From Candidatus Aceula meridiana (lineage in GTDB: Bacteria; Omnitrophota; Gorgyraeia; Zapsychrales; Aceulaceae): a stretch of 64,000 bases of DNA. Below the pieces are notes generated by a model that saw only the letters and a program-made list of their open reading frames with translations, had not been told where the DNA came from and did not search any database. Shown here in pieces: positions 42,276-51,622 of the stretch. The position numbers and the translations under genes are program-made. Positions within the stretch are counted from its first letter, which is position 1. Every line of letters starts with the position of its first letter. The stretch spans positions 123,538 through 187,537 of the forward strand of contig JAVCDE010000024.1 of NCBI GenBank assembly GCA_030765185.1, written 5' to 3'.

Positions 42276-42641
42276 TTAGGCGTAGCTATCCAAACGCTTA
42301 ACGGCCTGGATATAACTGATAAGTTTTTTTGTTGTTACCTCAGGAAGGCCTTCAAATTTAACGCCAACTTCATAACGTCTATTTTTGACAATTTCTTTAG
42401 TCCATCGAACCGTAGCATGGGCTGTAAAGGAAAATTCTAGCTGCTCAAGCGTCAAAGAAACATCAATAACTGTTCCGATAGGGAGCTTTTCCTCAGAAAT
42501 AAAACGAATTCCAGACTGGCTGATTTCCTTTGCCTGAGACTTTGATGTTTTTCCCGTAAAAGCCACCTCGTAAGAGATACCCGAGGAGTCCGGGACGCGG
42601 ATAAAATTACGTTGTTCGTGATTTTCTGATTTTTCAGTCAT
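42276..42641 (-). CDS. Stand-alone PilZ domain protein
   Basis: EQRNFIR (RxxxR), EISQSG, A.VRW, YEVGVKF. Confidence 0.88.
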   Translation of the reverse strand: MTEKSENHEQRNFIRVPDSSGISYEVAFTGKTSKSQAKEISQSGIRFISEEKLPIGTVIDVSLTLEQLEFSFTAHATVRWTKEIVKNRRYEVGVKFEGLPEVTTKKLISYIQAVKRLDSYA

Positions 42642-42660
42642 AATTAATCTCTCCGTTTAA

Positions 42661-42688
42661 AGTGTAGCATGTTTTTATCGTTTAGCAA
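42661..42688 (-). promoter_or_regulatory. Putative promoter for the PilZ-PNPOx-cupin unit
   Basis: Minus-strand TTGCTA-N16-TACACT with extended TGc; GGAG SD downstream. Confidence 0.45.
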
Positions 42689-42700
42689 AATAAATTCCTC

Positions 42701-43477
42701 CTAAAGTCCTACGCCGTCTGCCACAATTTCAACTTTTGGAGACGTAAGGCTCTCTTCGATTCCTCGATACTTAAGCCACCGATAATCCGGCTCGGCAAGA
42801 TGCCAAATATAAACCTTTGGGAAAACTATCTTTAGAAAACTAAAAATCCCAATGTGAGGATCAAGCAAGATTTTATAGGCCCTACGCGTTTTCCCTTCGA
42901 TTAGAACATCTTCCTCTTGAACAAGACGTGCGGTAAATTTATAAAGATGCGGTTCACCAGTTAAAAGAAAAAAGGTCTTTTTCCTTTTACCCTCTTGCAA
43001 AAATCTGCGCACATATAGCCCTAAAAGCAATCGGCTAACAATATCCCCTTTAAATTTAAAATTATAGATGTTCTCTTCTTTTGTCCCTTTTTGAAAATCC
43101 TGTCGGCGAAAGATGGTTTTATGTTTTTCAAAATCAAACGTCTGAAAAATTTCAACGATAAGGTTCCCATCCTTATCAAAAATTCTTTTTTCTCCTCTAA
43201 TGGGGCGCATCGACTTCACGCCATTTTCTACGGTCAGCCTCTCCTCCCAAGAAATTTCACCGAAAAAACCAGAATTTTTACCGCTACCTTTTTCGGTTAG
43301 AACATAGACATCTTTCCTATCTTCAGGGTTAGCCTCAATAGCAAAAGAAGCCTGCCAGCGCTTATTTCCCTTAAGGTCATAACCAGAATAACTAGAATGA
43401 AAAACCTCCTCTGAAAAAAGACTACTTTGCAACATCAGAAAAAAAACAAGAAATAAAAAATACGTTCTTATTTTCAT
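42701..43477 (-). CDS. Exported hypothetical protein (beta-rich, possibly DUF3108-like)
   Basis: Signal peptide-like N-terminus; 4-nt overlap with the upstream GT9 gene; no catalytic motif recognised. Confidence 0.7.
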   Translation of the reverse strand: MKIRTYFLFLVFFLMLQSSLFSEEVFHSSYSGYDLKGNKRWQASFAIEANPEDRKDVYVLTEKGSGKNSGFFGEISWEERLTVENGVKSMRPIRGEKRIFDKDGNLIVEIFQTFDFEKHKTIFRRQDFQKGTKEENIYNFKFKGDIVSRLLLGLYVRRFLQEGKRKKTFFLLTGEPHLYKFTARLVQEEDVLIEGKTRRAYKILLDPHIGIFSFLKIVFPKVYIWHLAEPDYRWLKYRGIEESLTSPKVEIVADGVGL

Positions 43478-44517
43478 GATTTAAGAATTTCGTCAGTAGC
43501 CGCTAGTACATTTGAAACACTGATAGACCGGAGACACTTAAAATTAATTTTGCACTCATGGGCCAAGCAAACCTTACAGCCAATATTGTTATGAAGAACG
43601 ATATCTTTTTTTCCTAACGGACGCCACCGCGTTTGCGACAGTCCTGGCTGATTGCGACCAAGAATGGAAACAACCGAGGTATGAACGCCGACAGCCAAAT
43701 GCACCGGCCCGGAATCATTGGAGATTAGTAAAGAGCTTCGCTTTAAAATGCTTACCGATTGGCTGATGCTTGTCTGGCCGGTTAAATCAATGACAGAAAC
43801 ATTTGTCGACGCCAAAACCTCTCGGGCAATGAGCTGATTGTCCCCCGCTCCAATTAAAATGATTTTAGCAGGATATTTTTTATCAAGCTCCTCGATAACC
43901 TCTGCAAACCTCTCTGGAGGCCAACGCTTTGAAATACAACTTGCCCCCGGATGAATGGCGAAAACCTTATCATTAGGCCCAATCTTTTTTTGCAAAAATA
44001 ATTTATCAGCCCACTCCTCAGACTCAGGATCAATGCCGACACAAAGATTAAGATCGTGAAACTCAACTCCAATATATTTTAAAAGCTCCAAACAATACTG
44101 CGCTTCATGTTTTGTCCCATCGGTGCGTGGATCCGGATATTGTGTTAGAAAAAAATTAAGTTTTTTATTCTTAAAGCCAATCCGAGGCTTAATGCCAGCA
44201 TGGAACAACATCGCATTCGTTCGATTTTTTAAATGATAGTTGATTGCCAAATCAAATTTATGTCGTCTTAAAACAAAAACAAAATGCCAAAATCCAAAAA
44301 AACCTTTATCTTTTCCATGCTGATCATACACAAGAACTTCATCTAAAAAAGGATTACCGACAACTATATCCTTGGTCTCTGGGTTTACCAATATCGTAAT
44401 CCGCGCTTTTGGATAAGCCTTGCGCAAAGCCTCAATGGCTGGAGTGGTCAAAACCACATCTCCAATGCGATCAGTCCTAACAACAAGAATATTTTTAAAC
44501 TCTCTTTTTTTAATCAT
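43474..44517 (-). CDS. Glycosyltransferase family 9 (heptosyltransferase-like)
   Basis: RTDRIGDVVL.TP, IHPGA....KRWP, DL.G.T, SNDSGPVHLA. Confidence 0.93.
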   Translation of the reverse strand: MIKKREFKNILVVRTDRIGDVVLTTPAIEALRKAYPKARITILVNPETKDIVVGNPFLDEVLVYDQHGKDKGFFGFWHFVFVLRRHKFDLAINYHLKNRTNAMLFHAGIKPRIGFKNKKLNFFLTQYPDPRTDGTKHEAQYCLELLKYIGVEFHDLNLCVGIDPESEEWADKLFLQKKIGPNDKVFAIHPGASCISKRWPPERFAEVIEELDKKYPAKIILIGAGDNQLIAREVLASTNVSVIDLTGQTSISQSVSILKRSSLLISNDSGPVHLAVGVHTSVVSILGRNQPGLSQTRWRPLGKKDIVLHNNIGCKVCLAHECKINFKCLRSISVSNVLAATDEILKS

Positions 44518-45452
44518 AAAATATTATCCACAATCATGTCAAAAACGTCCTTAGGGTCAATTTCATCGATTAAAGAGCATCCCTTTTCATCAACATTACT
44601 GCTTTTTAAAAAATACCCCTTTTTGCCCCAAGGTCCATATTCTTGAGGACTACTCGGTCCAAACAAAACAAGAGCTGGAATATTAAAATAACTTGCTAAA
44701 TGCGCTACGGCGCTATCATTGGCAAGCACAAATTCACTTTCTTGAAGAACATAGGACAATGTTAAAAGATCAATTTTTCCGCACAAATTTATGCAAGACT
44801 CTTTTGCCTCTCGAATAATATCAACAGTCGCATCATTGTCATTTTCATCACCAACAAAAACAGCCGTAAGATGCTTTTCATTCTTAAGCATGTGACAGAT
44901 GCTGGCAAACCCTTTCTTGTTCCAACGTTTCGCAGGATTAGCCGATCCTGTAGAAACGACATAATACTTCTGATTTTTCCCAAGATAATGGCCGATGCGG
45001 CCCTCAATGTTCTTTTCCTGACGATCATTTAAAAAAATCGCATAACGATTATTCGACATCATCGAATCCGGTACAACCTCTTGAAGACGTTTGAAATGCT
45101 TATCTTTCATATGCATTTTAAAATCGGCACGTGGCTTACTTAAAGAAGTCCTCCTTTTTGGATTAATAATCAAGGGGATAGCCGTATGGCGCAAATCGAC
45201 AACCATATCAAAACGATATTGTCGCAAAGCCCATGCCCATTTTAGCATTGAAAATTTTGGCTGCTGCTTATCAAAGACTAAAACATCTTGCAAGTAAGGG
45301 TTGTTATCAAAAAGGCCTTTTGCCTTTTGGCCAACCACTAAAAAAATTTCTGAAGTCGGAAAACGGTCAATAAGACTATCAATGACAGGGCATGTCAAAA
45401 CCACATCACCGATATTGCTTAAGGAGATAACAAGAATTTTTTCAACATCCAT
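44514..45452 (-). CDS. Glycosyltransferase family 9 (heptosyltransferase-like)
   Basis: LSNIGDVVL, KRW, NLCG, NDS...HLA, LFGPS; start placed at MDVEKIL. Confidence 0.92.
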   Translation of the reverse strand: MDVEKILVISLSNIGDVVLTCPVIDSLIDRFPTSEIFLVVGQKAKGLFDNNPYLQDVLVFDKQQPKFSMLKWAWALRQYRFDMVVDLRHTAIPLIINPKRRTSLSKPRADFKMHMKDKHFKRLQEVVPDSMMSNNRYAIFLNDRQEKNIEGRIGHYLGKNQKYYVVSTGSANPAKRWNKKGFASICHMLKNEKHLTAVFVGDENDNDATVDIIREAKESCINLCGKIDLLTLSYVLQESEFVLANDSAVAHLASYFNIPALVLFGPSSPQEYGPWGKKGYFLKSSNVDEKGCSLIDEIDPKDVFDMIVDNIL

Positions 45453-46455
45453 TCTCTTTAATCCTTTCAATGACATCATCCACACTTATCGCTTTCATGC
45501 AAATATTATCTTTGCAATCAAGGTGATAGCAAGGCTTGTCATTACATCCTACCTCTTGCCGTATAATAATTCCCTCTTTGATTCCTCGCGGGCCTGTTAC
45601 CTTCGGATGCGTTGGACCAAAAAGCGCAATCGTTTCAGTCCCGACGCTGCTAGCAGCGTGAAGCGGCCCAGAGTCAGCAGAAATAACAATCGATGCTCTT
45701 TTTAAAACTGCAAAAAGCTGAGAAAGAGTTGTTTTTCCCGCGAAAACAATTGGTGTGGCTTGCGTAAGGGCAACAATCTGATTTGCGCTATCAACATCTT
45801 TAGGCGCTCCTGAGATAGCAACCTTAGCCTTCAACTCTTTCTGAAGTCGGTCTGCCAGGTGAGCGAAGTTTTCTTCTGGCCAACGCTTTAAATCCCAATT
45901 ACCGCCAATATTTAAAATTGCCAAGAAATCATTTTCTTTAATTCCATTTTCTGCAATAAATTTTTCCGCAAAAACTTCTGACTCCTTATCGCAAGAAAGC
46001 TCATATTTTCTCTGTTTGACTTCAACGCCGAAAGACTCAATGACCTGAAGATAGTGGTCGCTACGATGGACTGCGCTACTCACACGTTTCACGATATGAG
46101 TTAGAAGGCTTCCTCTTTTTTTCGTTGCATATCCTACGCGGACAGGAATGCCCGCTAAAAAAATTAAAAGCGCCCTTGTCATCGAACCATGCAATAAAAA
46201 GGCAACATCAAACTTTTCACGCCTAAGCGCTCCGATAATTTTCAGTTTTCCTAAAGTCGACTGATGACATCCTTTTTCTTCATAGATAATAACGTTGTCG
46301 ATAAATGGAATCTGCTTTAAGACCTCCGCAACGCGTGGAACCGCCATGCAAGAAATCTGACTTTGAGGATATTTCACATGTAGTGCGCGGAAAATAGGCG
46401 CTGAAAAAATAACATCCCCGAGCCAATTAACATTAACAACAAGAATTTTTTTCAT
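45442..46455 (-). CDS. waaF: Lipopolysaccharide heptosyltransferase II-like (GT9)
   Basis: NWLGDV, R.GY, KRWP, GKTTL, DSGPLH.A, ALFGPT.P..TGP, C-terminal Cys cluster. Confidence 0.8.
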   Translation of the reverse strand: MKKILVVNVNWLGDVIFSAPIFRALHVKYPQSQISCMAVPRVAEVLKQIPFIDNVIIYEEKGCHQSTLGKLKIIGALRREKFDVAFLLHGSMTRALLIFLAGIPVRVGYATKKRGSLLTHIVKRVSSAVHRSDHYLQVIESFGVEVKQRKYELSCDKESEVFAEKFIAENGIKENDFLAILNIGGNWDLKRWPEENFAHLADRLQKELKAKVAISGAPKDVDSANQIVALTQATPIVFAGKTTLSQLFAVLKRASIVISADSGPLHAASSVGTETIALFGPTHPKVTGPRGIKEGIIIRQEVGCNDKPCYHLDCKDNICMKAISVDDVIERIKENGC

Positions 46456-47543
46456 TTCAAAACACCTTGATAAATTTCAAGCGTTTTATCAATCATTTTC
46501 TCCGGCGAAAAATTCTTTTTAATAAATGCCTTCCCGGCAGCTCCAAGCTCTTTAGCTTTTTCCATATTGTTAATAAGCATAACAAGCGCTGCGGCAAGAG
46601 CATCAGGGTTTTCCGTAGGCACAAGAAGCCCTGTCTCTCCATCTTGAATAAGGCTCATAAGCCCACCGATTTTTGAAGCGACAACCGGCAATCCCACCGC
46701 CTGCGCCTCCATAACCGATAAGCCTAACCCCTCTTGGCGCGAGGGCATAACAAAAATATCTAAAAATGGTAAAATATTGTCAAGGTCATTGATAATTGGC
46801 AGAAAAGAAACATTTTTTTCAAGTCCAAGTTCATCAACAAGTTTCAAAAGAGCATCGCCCTCTTTTCCTTCGCCGACAATTAACAAATTTGCTTCTGGAT
46901 TTGATTCGATAACTTTTTTCATTGCCTTAATCGCAACATCTATTCCTTTCACATCAGAAAGCCGTGCAACAATACCAAGAATCACCCCTTTTTTCAAATT
47001 AAGCTCTTTTCGCTTTTCCTCTTTTTGCTGAATGCCAACAGCGCATTCCTTTATTTCAACGCCATGTGGAATTAAAAAGATCTTCTCTTTTGAAACGCAA
47101 AGGTCATTTTTTAAATGCTCAACAACCTGAGGACTAATGGCAATCGTCGCGTCTCCCCAGCATGGAAAAATTTTTCGTGAAATACGTGCCTTAAAAAACC
47201 CATGACAAGTTGCCACATGAGGAATTTTTATAAAATGCTTAAGCATTGTCCCGACAACCTGCGTAACACGTGTCTGCGAATGAACAACATCGATAGCGTT
47301 CTCTCGAATAAAACTCTGAAGTTTATTAACTGCGCGATAAACCTTTGGGCTAAGTTCAGATTTTGTATTGATATCCAAATCAACATGTCTGCCGCCTGAA
47401 CTTTTAAGCTCTTCTATCATATTGCCACCACTTGAGGCAACATAAATACAATGACCTTTTTTCACAAAACCACGCGTTAAGCTTAAGATATAGCTTGTAA
47501 TCCCACCGGCATTAAAATGTGTTGTAAAAATAAGGATGTTCAT
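46452..47543 (-). CDS. Glycosyltransferase family 4
   Basis: GG...Y, T.HG, VARL...KG, PSRQEGLGLS.MEAQA.GLPVVAS. Confidence 0.93.
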   Translation of the reverse strand: MNILIFTTHFNAGGITSYILSLTRGFVKKGHCIYVASSGGNMIEELKSSGGRHVDLDINTKSELSPKVYRAVNKLQSFIRENAIDVVHSQTRVTQVVGTMLKHFIKIPHVATCHGFFKARISRKIFPCWGDATIAISPQVVEHLKNDLCVSKEKIFLIPHGVEIKECAVGIQQKEEKRKELNLKKGVILGIVARLSDVKGIDVAIKAMKKVIESNPEANLLIVGEGKEGDALLKLVDELGLEKNVSFLPIINDLDNILPFLDIFVMPSRQEGLGLSVMEAQAVGLPVVASKIGGLMSLIQDGETGLLVPTENPDALAAALVMLINNMEKAKELGAAGKAFIKKNFSPEKMIDKTLEIYQGVLK

Positions 47544-49643
47544 TTAGCTATTATCCATCAGCTGCCTCACTGCTTGGGCAACCTCTTGAGGGGTTATCTG
47601 TGTCATGCAGTCATGCGTATGCAAGGGGCATCGTGATTGATAACAATGCATGCAATCTAATTTGCGATAAAGAATTCTTGATTTCTTTGATGGTGGCAAA
47701 TGGCGCAAAGGATCTGTCGGCCCAAAGAAGGCAACAAAAGGCGTTTCCATAGCTGCCGCGATATGCATCGATGCCGAATCCGGTGTTACATATACATGAC
47801 ATTTTCTAATAAGAGCTGCCAGTTGCAAAACATTTGTTTTTCCGATAAGGTCTGCCGGCTTGGCTTTTGTTTTCTTTAAAAGCTCGCGAGCGAGAATTTT
47901 ATCTTTTTCAACACCTGTTAAGACGACACGAATGTTTTGTGCAGCCAAAATATCACAGAGCTCAGCCACATAATCTAGCGGCCACCTTTTGCTTTCCCAT
48001 CGTGATGAGGCGGCTAAATTGATACCCACCAGTTGCGTATTTTTAGCGATCCACTGACTTTCAAAAAGTTGCTGAATATATTTTTCGTCTTCTTTGGATG
48101 GCCAAAGCTCAAGATGTTCTTGCCCATTTGTTGTAATACCTAAAAGATTTAAAACTCGAAATTGGTGCGCAACCGCAGGTATTGGCGCGTGGTCATCAGA
48201 AACACTGTTAGACAGTAAGGCCCCCCATTTTGTATTTTTATATCCATAGCGTTCATGGCACAGACTTAAAAAAGCCAGAAGATGACTTTTCCTATTGTTC
48301 TGGAAATCAATAACTTTATCAAACCGATAGCGCCGCAACTTCTTAATGATCTTTCCAAACCCCCAAAAGCCTTTGTGTTTATGTACTGGATCATAGACAA
48401 TAACTTCATCTAAATAAGGGCACCTCTGCAAAATTTCACGAAAATCCTTTTTAACCAAACAAGAAATCTTGGCCAACGGAAAACGCTCGCGTAACGCCTT
48501 TAAAGACGGCATAATAAGAATAACATCACCTAAGGCACTTAATTTTATAACTAAAATTTTTATATGCTTTAAGACCTCTCCATAAACTTCCAGCGTCTGG
48601 CTCGCCATATGGTCCAAGGTATAATGGGATAAAATCTTTTCTTTGGCATTTTCAACCAAGCGGCGTGCTAGCACCTTGTCTTCTAAAACACGTACAACCG
48701 CCTCGGCCATCTTTTCGGGATGTTTAGGCTCAACTAAAATCCCAGTTTGCTCATCTTCAATAATTTCAACGACGCCACCTACTCTTGCCGCAACAACCGG
48801 CACTCCGGCTGCCTGGGCTTCAACGATAACTCTACCAAAAGACTCAGGGACAACAGATGAGAAAACTAAAACATCCGTCTCAGCTAAGAGTTCAGGAATA
48901 TCTTTGCGGCTTCCTAAGAATTCAACTTTATCGGCTAGCCCTAAACGACGAACAAGAACTTTAAGGCCTTCACGATACGATATTTTTTCTTCCGGCGCAT
49001 CGCCTATAATCCAAATCTTAACATATGGTAAAGTACGCACGACACGTGCCATTGCCCTTAAAAAATACTCATGCCCTTTCAAAGGAGTAATGCGTCCAAT
49101 AATCGAGATGGTATATTCAGACTTTGAAAAACTTTCAGAACGTGGGATATTAAATTTACGCAAGTCCACGCTACGCGGAATGCAGCGAATGTTTTCTGCG
49201 GCGACATGAAAATCTTCTATCATGTGTCTGCCAATAACTTTGCTCGGAACAATAATAAGTTTGCCCCAAGCCATAACACGTGAAAAAAAATGTTTCGAAT
49301 AATACCCGTGACACGTTGTGACAAAAGGTGTCTTGATTTTTTGGCAAGCGAAAAATGCAATCCACCCCGGAACACGAGACCGAGCGTGGACAATATCAAC
49401 TTTCTCTTGTTGTAGGATTTTGATAAGACGGTGTGTGCACCAAATAGCCGTCAAAATATTCTTGCGGTGAGCAGGAAGCTCAATATGCCTCGCCCCGGCC
49501 TCCTCCAAATCAACAACAAGTTCCCCTCCATTTGAGATAACAAGCGCCTGATGGCCATGCTCAACTAAGTAACGGGCTAAATCAACCGTTCCGGTCTCTA
49601 CTCCACCTACGCGTAACTCCGGAAGAATTTGCAGTACTCTCAT
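47544..49643 (-). CDS. GT4 glycosyltransferase fused to GT9 heptosyltransferase
   Basis: N-half GGVETGT, HARSR.P, GRIT..KG, ESFGRVIVEAQAAG; C-half KLSALGDV, KRWP, DSA.MH.AAA, FGPT. Confidence 0.92.
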   Translation of the reverse strand: MRVLQILPELRVGGVETGTVDLARYLVEHGHQALVISNGGELVVDLEEAGARHIELPAHRKNILTAIWCTHRLIKILQQEKVDIVHARSRVPGWIAFFACQKIKTPFVTTCHGYYSKHFFSRVMAWGKLIIVPSKVIGRHMIEDFHVAAENIRCIPRSVDLRKFNIPRSESFSKSEYTISIIGRITPLKGHEYFLRAMARVVRTLPYVKIWIIGDAPEEKISYREGLKVLVRRLGLADKVEFLGSRKDIPELLAETDVLVFSSVVPESFGRVIVEAQAAGVPVVAARVGGVVEIIEDEQTGILVEPKHPEKMAEAVVRVLEDKVLARRLVENAKEKILSHYTLDHMASQTLEVYGEVLKHIKILVIKLSALGDVILIMPSLKALRERFPLAKISCLVKKDFREILQRCPYLDEVIVYDPVHKHKGFWGFGKIIKKLRRYRFDKVIDFQNNRKSHLLAFLSLCHERYGYKNTKWGALLSNSVSDDHAPIPAVAHQFRVLNLLGITTNGQEHLELWPSKEDEKYIQQLFESQWIAKNTQLVGINLAASSRWESKRWPLDYVAELCDILAAQNIRVVLTGVEKDKILARELLKKTKAKPADLIGKTNVLQLAALIRKCHVYVTPDSASMHIAAAMETPFVAFFGPTDPLRHLPPSKKSRILYRKLDCMHCYQSRCPLHTHDCMTQITPQEVAQAVRQLMDNS

Positions 49644-51622
49644 ATAATGCCTTGAGTTGCCTTCAAAAGAATTTCTTGATCTTCAATAGGTTTTAAAACG
49701 ACATTGTCTTTTGCTAATTGATTAATAGCAGTGCCGATATCTGTTTCCGTGCTTACAAAAACATGCTCTTGGAATTTAAGATTTTCGACAAAAATCTCAT
49801 GTTTGGTTTTTATTTTTTTATTTTTTTGTTGCGCTAAAAAGACAATAACCTTTTTTCCAGAGCTTACAGCCTCAGAGACCATCGAGATGCTGTCTGATGA
49901 AGCAATAATGATGTCACAAAGACCTAAGATGCCCCCTACGGCTTCAGGAACATTATTATGTTTAGCGTTAATAAAAAGCTCGCATGGCGGATAACTTTTA
50001 AGTTCTCTTTCTAGAATCTCGTCAACATCCTTCGGCGTCCGGCGCGATGTGGTTAAAAGAATTCTCATGTCTAAAGCTTGTGCAGTATTTTTAAGCTGAC
50101 GCACCAACTCCACAGCCTGAGAGTAGGTAATGGTATGATTTTTTGACTCCCCGCCCAGTAAAATGCCAATCGACAATTTCTTTTTTGCTTTAAGATTCGT
50201 AAATTTTGCTAAAAGCGTCTGCGTTTGATTTTTTAAATATTGCGGATTAATTAAATTTGGCGCAAGTTTAGTAAAAACAACATTCTTTCGCTTGCCTGAA
50301 GAATAGCCCCTATCATGTTCCGGCAAAATAGCCAGATCAAAACGATTCATCCCCAAAGCACCTGGCCGCTGAATAACAATACTCTTTGCTCGGTAATCCT
50401 GCGACAAGAAATAATTCACTCCAGAGGTCGAAGATCCGCAGGAGATAACAAAATCACCTTTGACACTCATAACCTCTAAGAAAGATTTACGCTTTAAAAA
50501 CCATTTTAAGTAACGCAGTCTTCCTTGAGAAACTTTTTCATGTGTTAAAAAACTTAATGTCGAAAAAATACGCCGACGTTTTTCATCCTTAAATTCAACG
50601 TCAATAACCTGTAGTTCAGACTGAATACCTCGCTCCGTCAATGCCTCGGCAATTCCCTGAGCAACTGCCTGCGACTGGCGCAGATGTCCGGTGCGCTTAT
50701 CATTTAGGATAACAACGGTTGATTCCTTAGAATATTTCCAAATTTTATAAAGCCACATATATTGCGAAGGATATCGCGTGATACACTCCTCCATTGTTTT
50801 CGTAATATTCTCAAGATTTGTCCGGACGTCTTGATTGATGTCCTGTGTCTTAACAAGATCTAATGCCGGCTGAATAATAAGCCGGTGATAAGGCCCTTTC
50901 TCGTTAACAATGGTGCAAAAATAAATAGGGACATCAAATTTTAATCCAATTTTAATCGCGCCTACAGACATCGAGGAAAGGCGTCCAAAAAATTTGACCA
51001 ACTCTCCTGTCTTGCCCCCTTGGTCAACGACAATACCAACGATCTCATTTTTTTTCAGTGTCTTCAAAAAATCCCTAGCGCCCGAACCCGATGTAGAAAT
51101 CAAGCCCGCTCCCGCACTTTGCCGATAAGAATTTAAAAGGTCGTTAAGCCGCGAATGCCTTGCCTGTGGATTCACCATAACCCGATAGGGATGGCCTAGC
51201 AAAGACTCCATAAAATTACAAAGCTCCCAGCTACCAAAATGCATAGCAAGCAATATAACACCCTTGCCTTTTTTGATGGCTTCGTCAACATATTCTTTCC
51301 CTTCAACTTTGATATATTTATGTGGGTCTGTTATCGGCAGGCGTAAAAGTTCAATAAAATGCTGTCCAAAGTTTCGGTACAGTTCACGTAGAATACGTTT
51401 GATCTCGCTCGTCTTCTTTGTTTTTGCAAAAGCAATCTTAAGGTTTGAATACGCAATCTTCTTATGCTTAGCGTCAAGATAATACCCTAAAAGTCCGACG
51501 AAGCGTCCGAAGCCAATTGCCGTGGAAAGCGGTAACGCGCGGACAATTGTTGCAAAAAACTTAACAGCCCAATAAGCAGAAAATTCGTTTTTCAATCTCT
51601 TCCTTTCCTTTAGTAATATCAA
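49640..51622 (-). CDS. Lipid A acyltransferase (LpxL/HtrB-like) fused to an ELM1/GtrOC1-like GT-B domain
   Basis: N-half HFGSWE, VDQ, FFG, P.QY.W.Y..WK; C-half D.R.GH..QS, ISCG, P.HD, LLGG, TTSRRTP, DS.SM.SEA.SSGK. True start uncertain (51622 or 51595). Confidence 0.88.
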   Translation of the reverse strand: MILLKERKRLKNEFSAYWAVKFFATIVRALPLSTAIGFGRFVGLLGYYLDAKHKKIAYSNLKIAFAKTKKTSEIKRILRELYRNFGQHFIELLRLPITDPHKYIKVEGKEYVDEAIKKGKGVILLAMHFGSWELCNFMESLLGHPYRVMVNPQARHSRLNDLLNSYRQSAGAGLISTSGSGARDFLKTLKKNEIVGIVVDQGGKTGELVKFFGRLSSMSVGAIKIGLKFDVPIYFCTIVNEKGPYHRLIIQPALDLVKTQDINQDVRTNLENITKTMEECITRYPSQYMWLYKIWKYSKESTVVILNDKRTGHLRQSQAVAQGIAEALTERGIQSELQVIDVEFKDEKRRRIFSTLSFLTHEKVSQGRLRYLKWFLKRKSFLEVMSVKGDFVISCGSSTSGVNYFLSQDYRAKSIVIQRPGALGMNRFDLAILPEHDRGYSSGKRKNVVFTKLAPNLINPQYLKNQTQTLLAKFTNLKAKKKLSIGILLGGESKNHTITYSQAVELVRQLKNTAQALDMRILLTTSRRTPKDVDEILERELKSYPPCELFINAKHNNVPEAVGGILGLCDIIIASSDSISMVSEAVSSGKKVIVFLAQQKNKKIKTKHEIFVENLKFQEHVFVSTETDIGTAINQLAKDNVVLKPIEDQEILLKATQGII

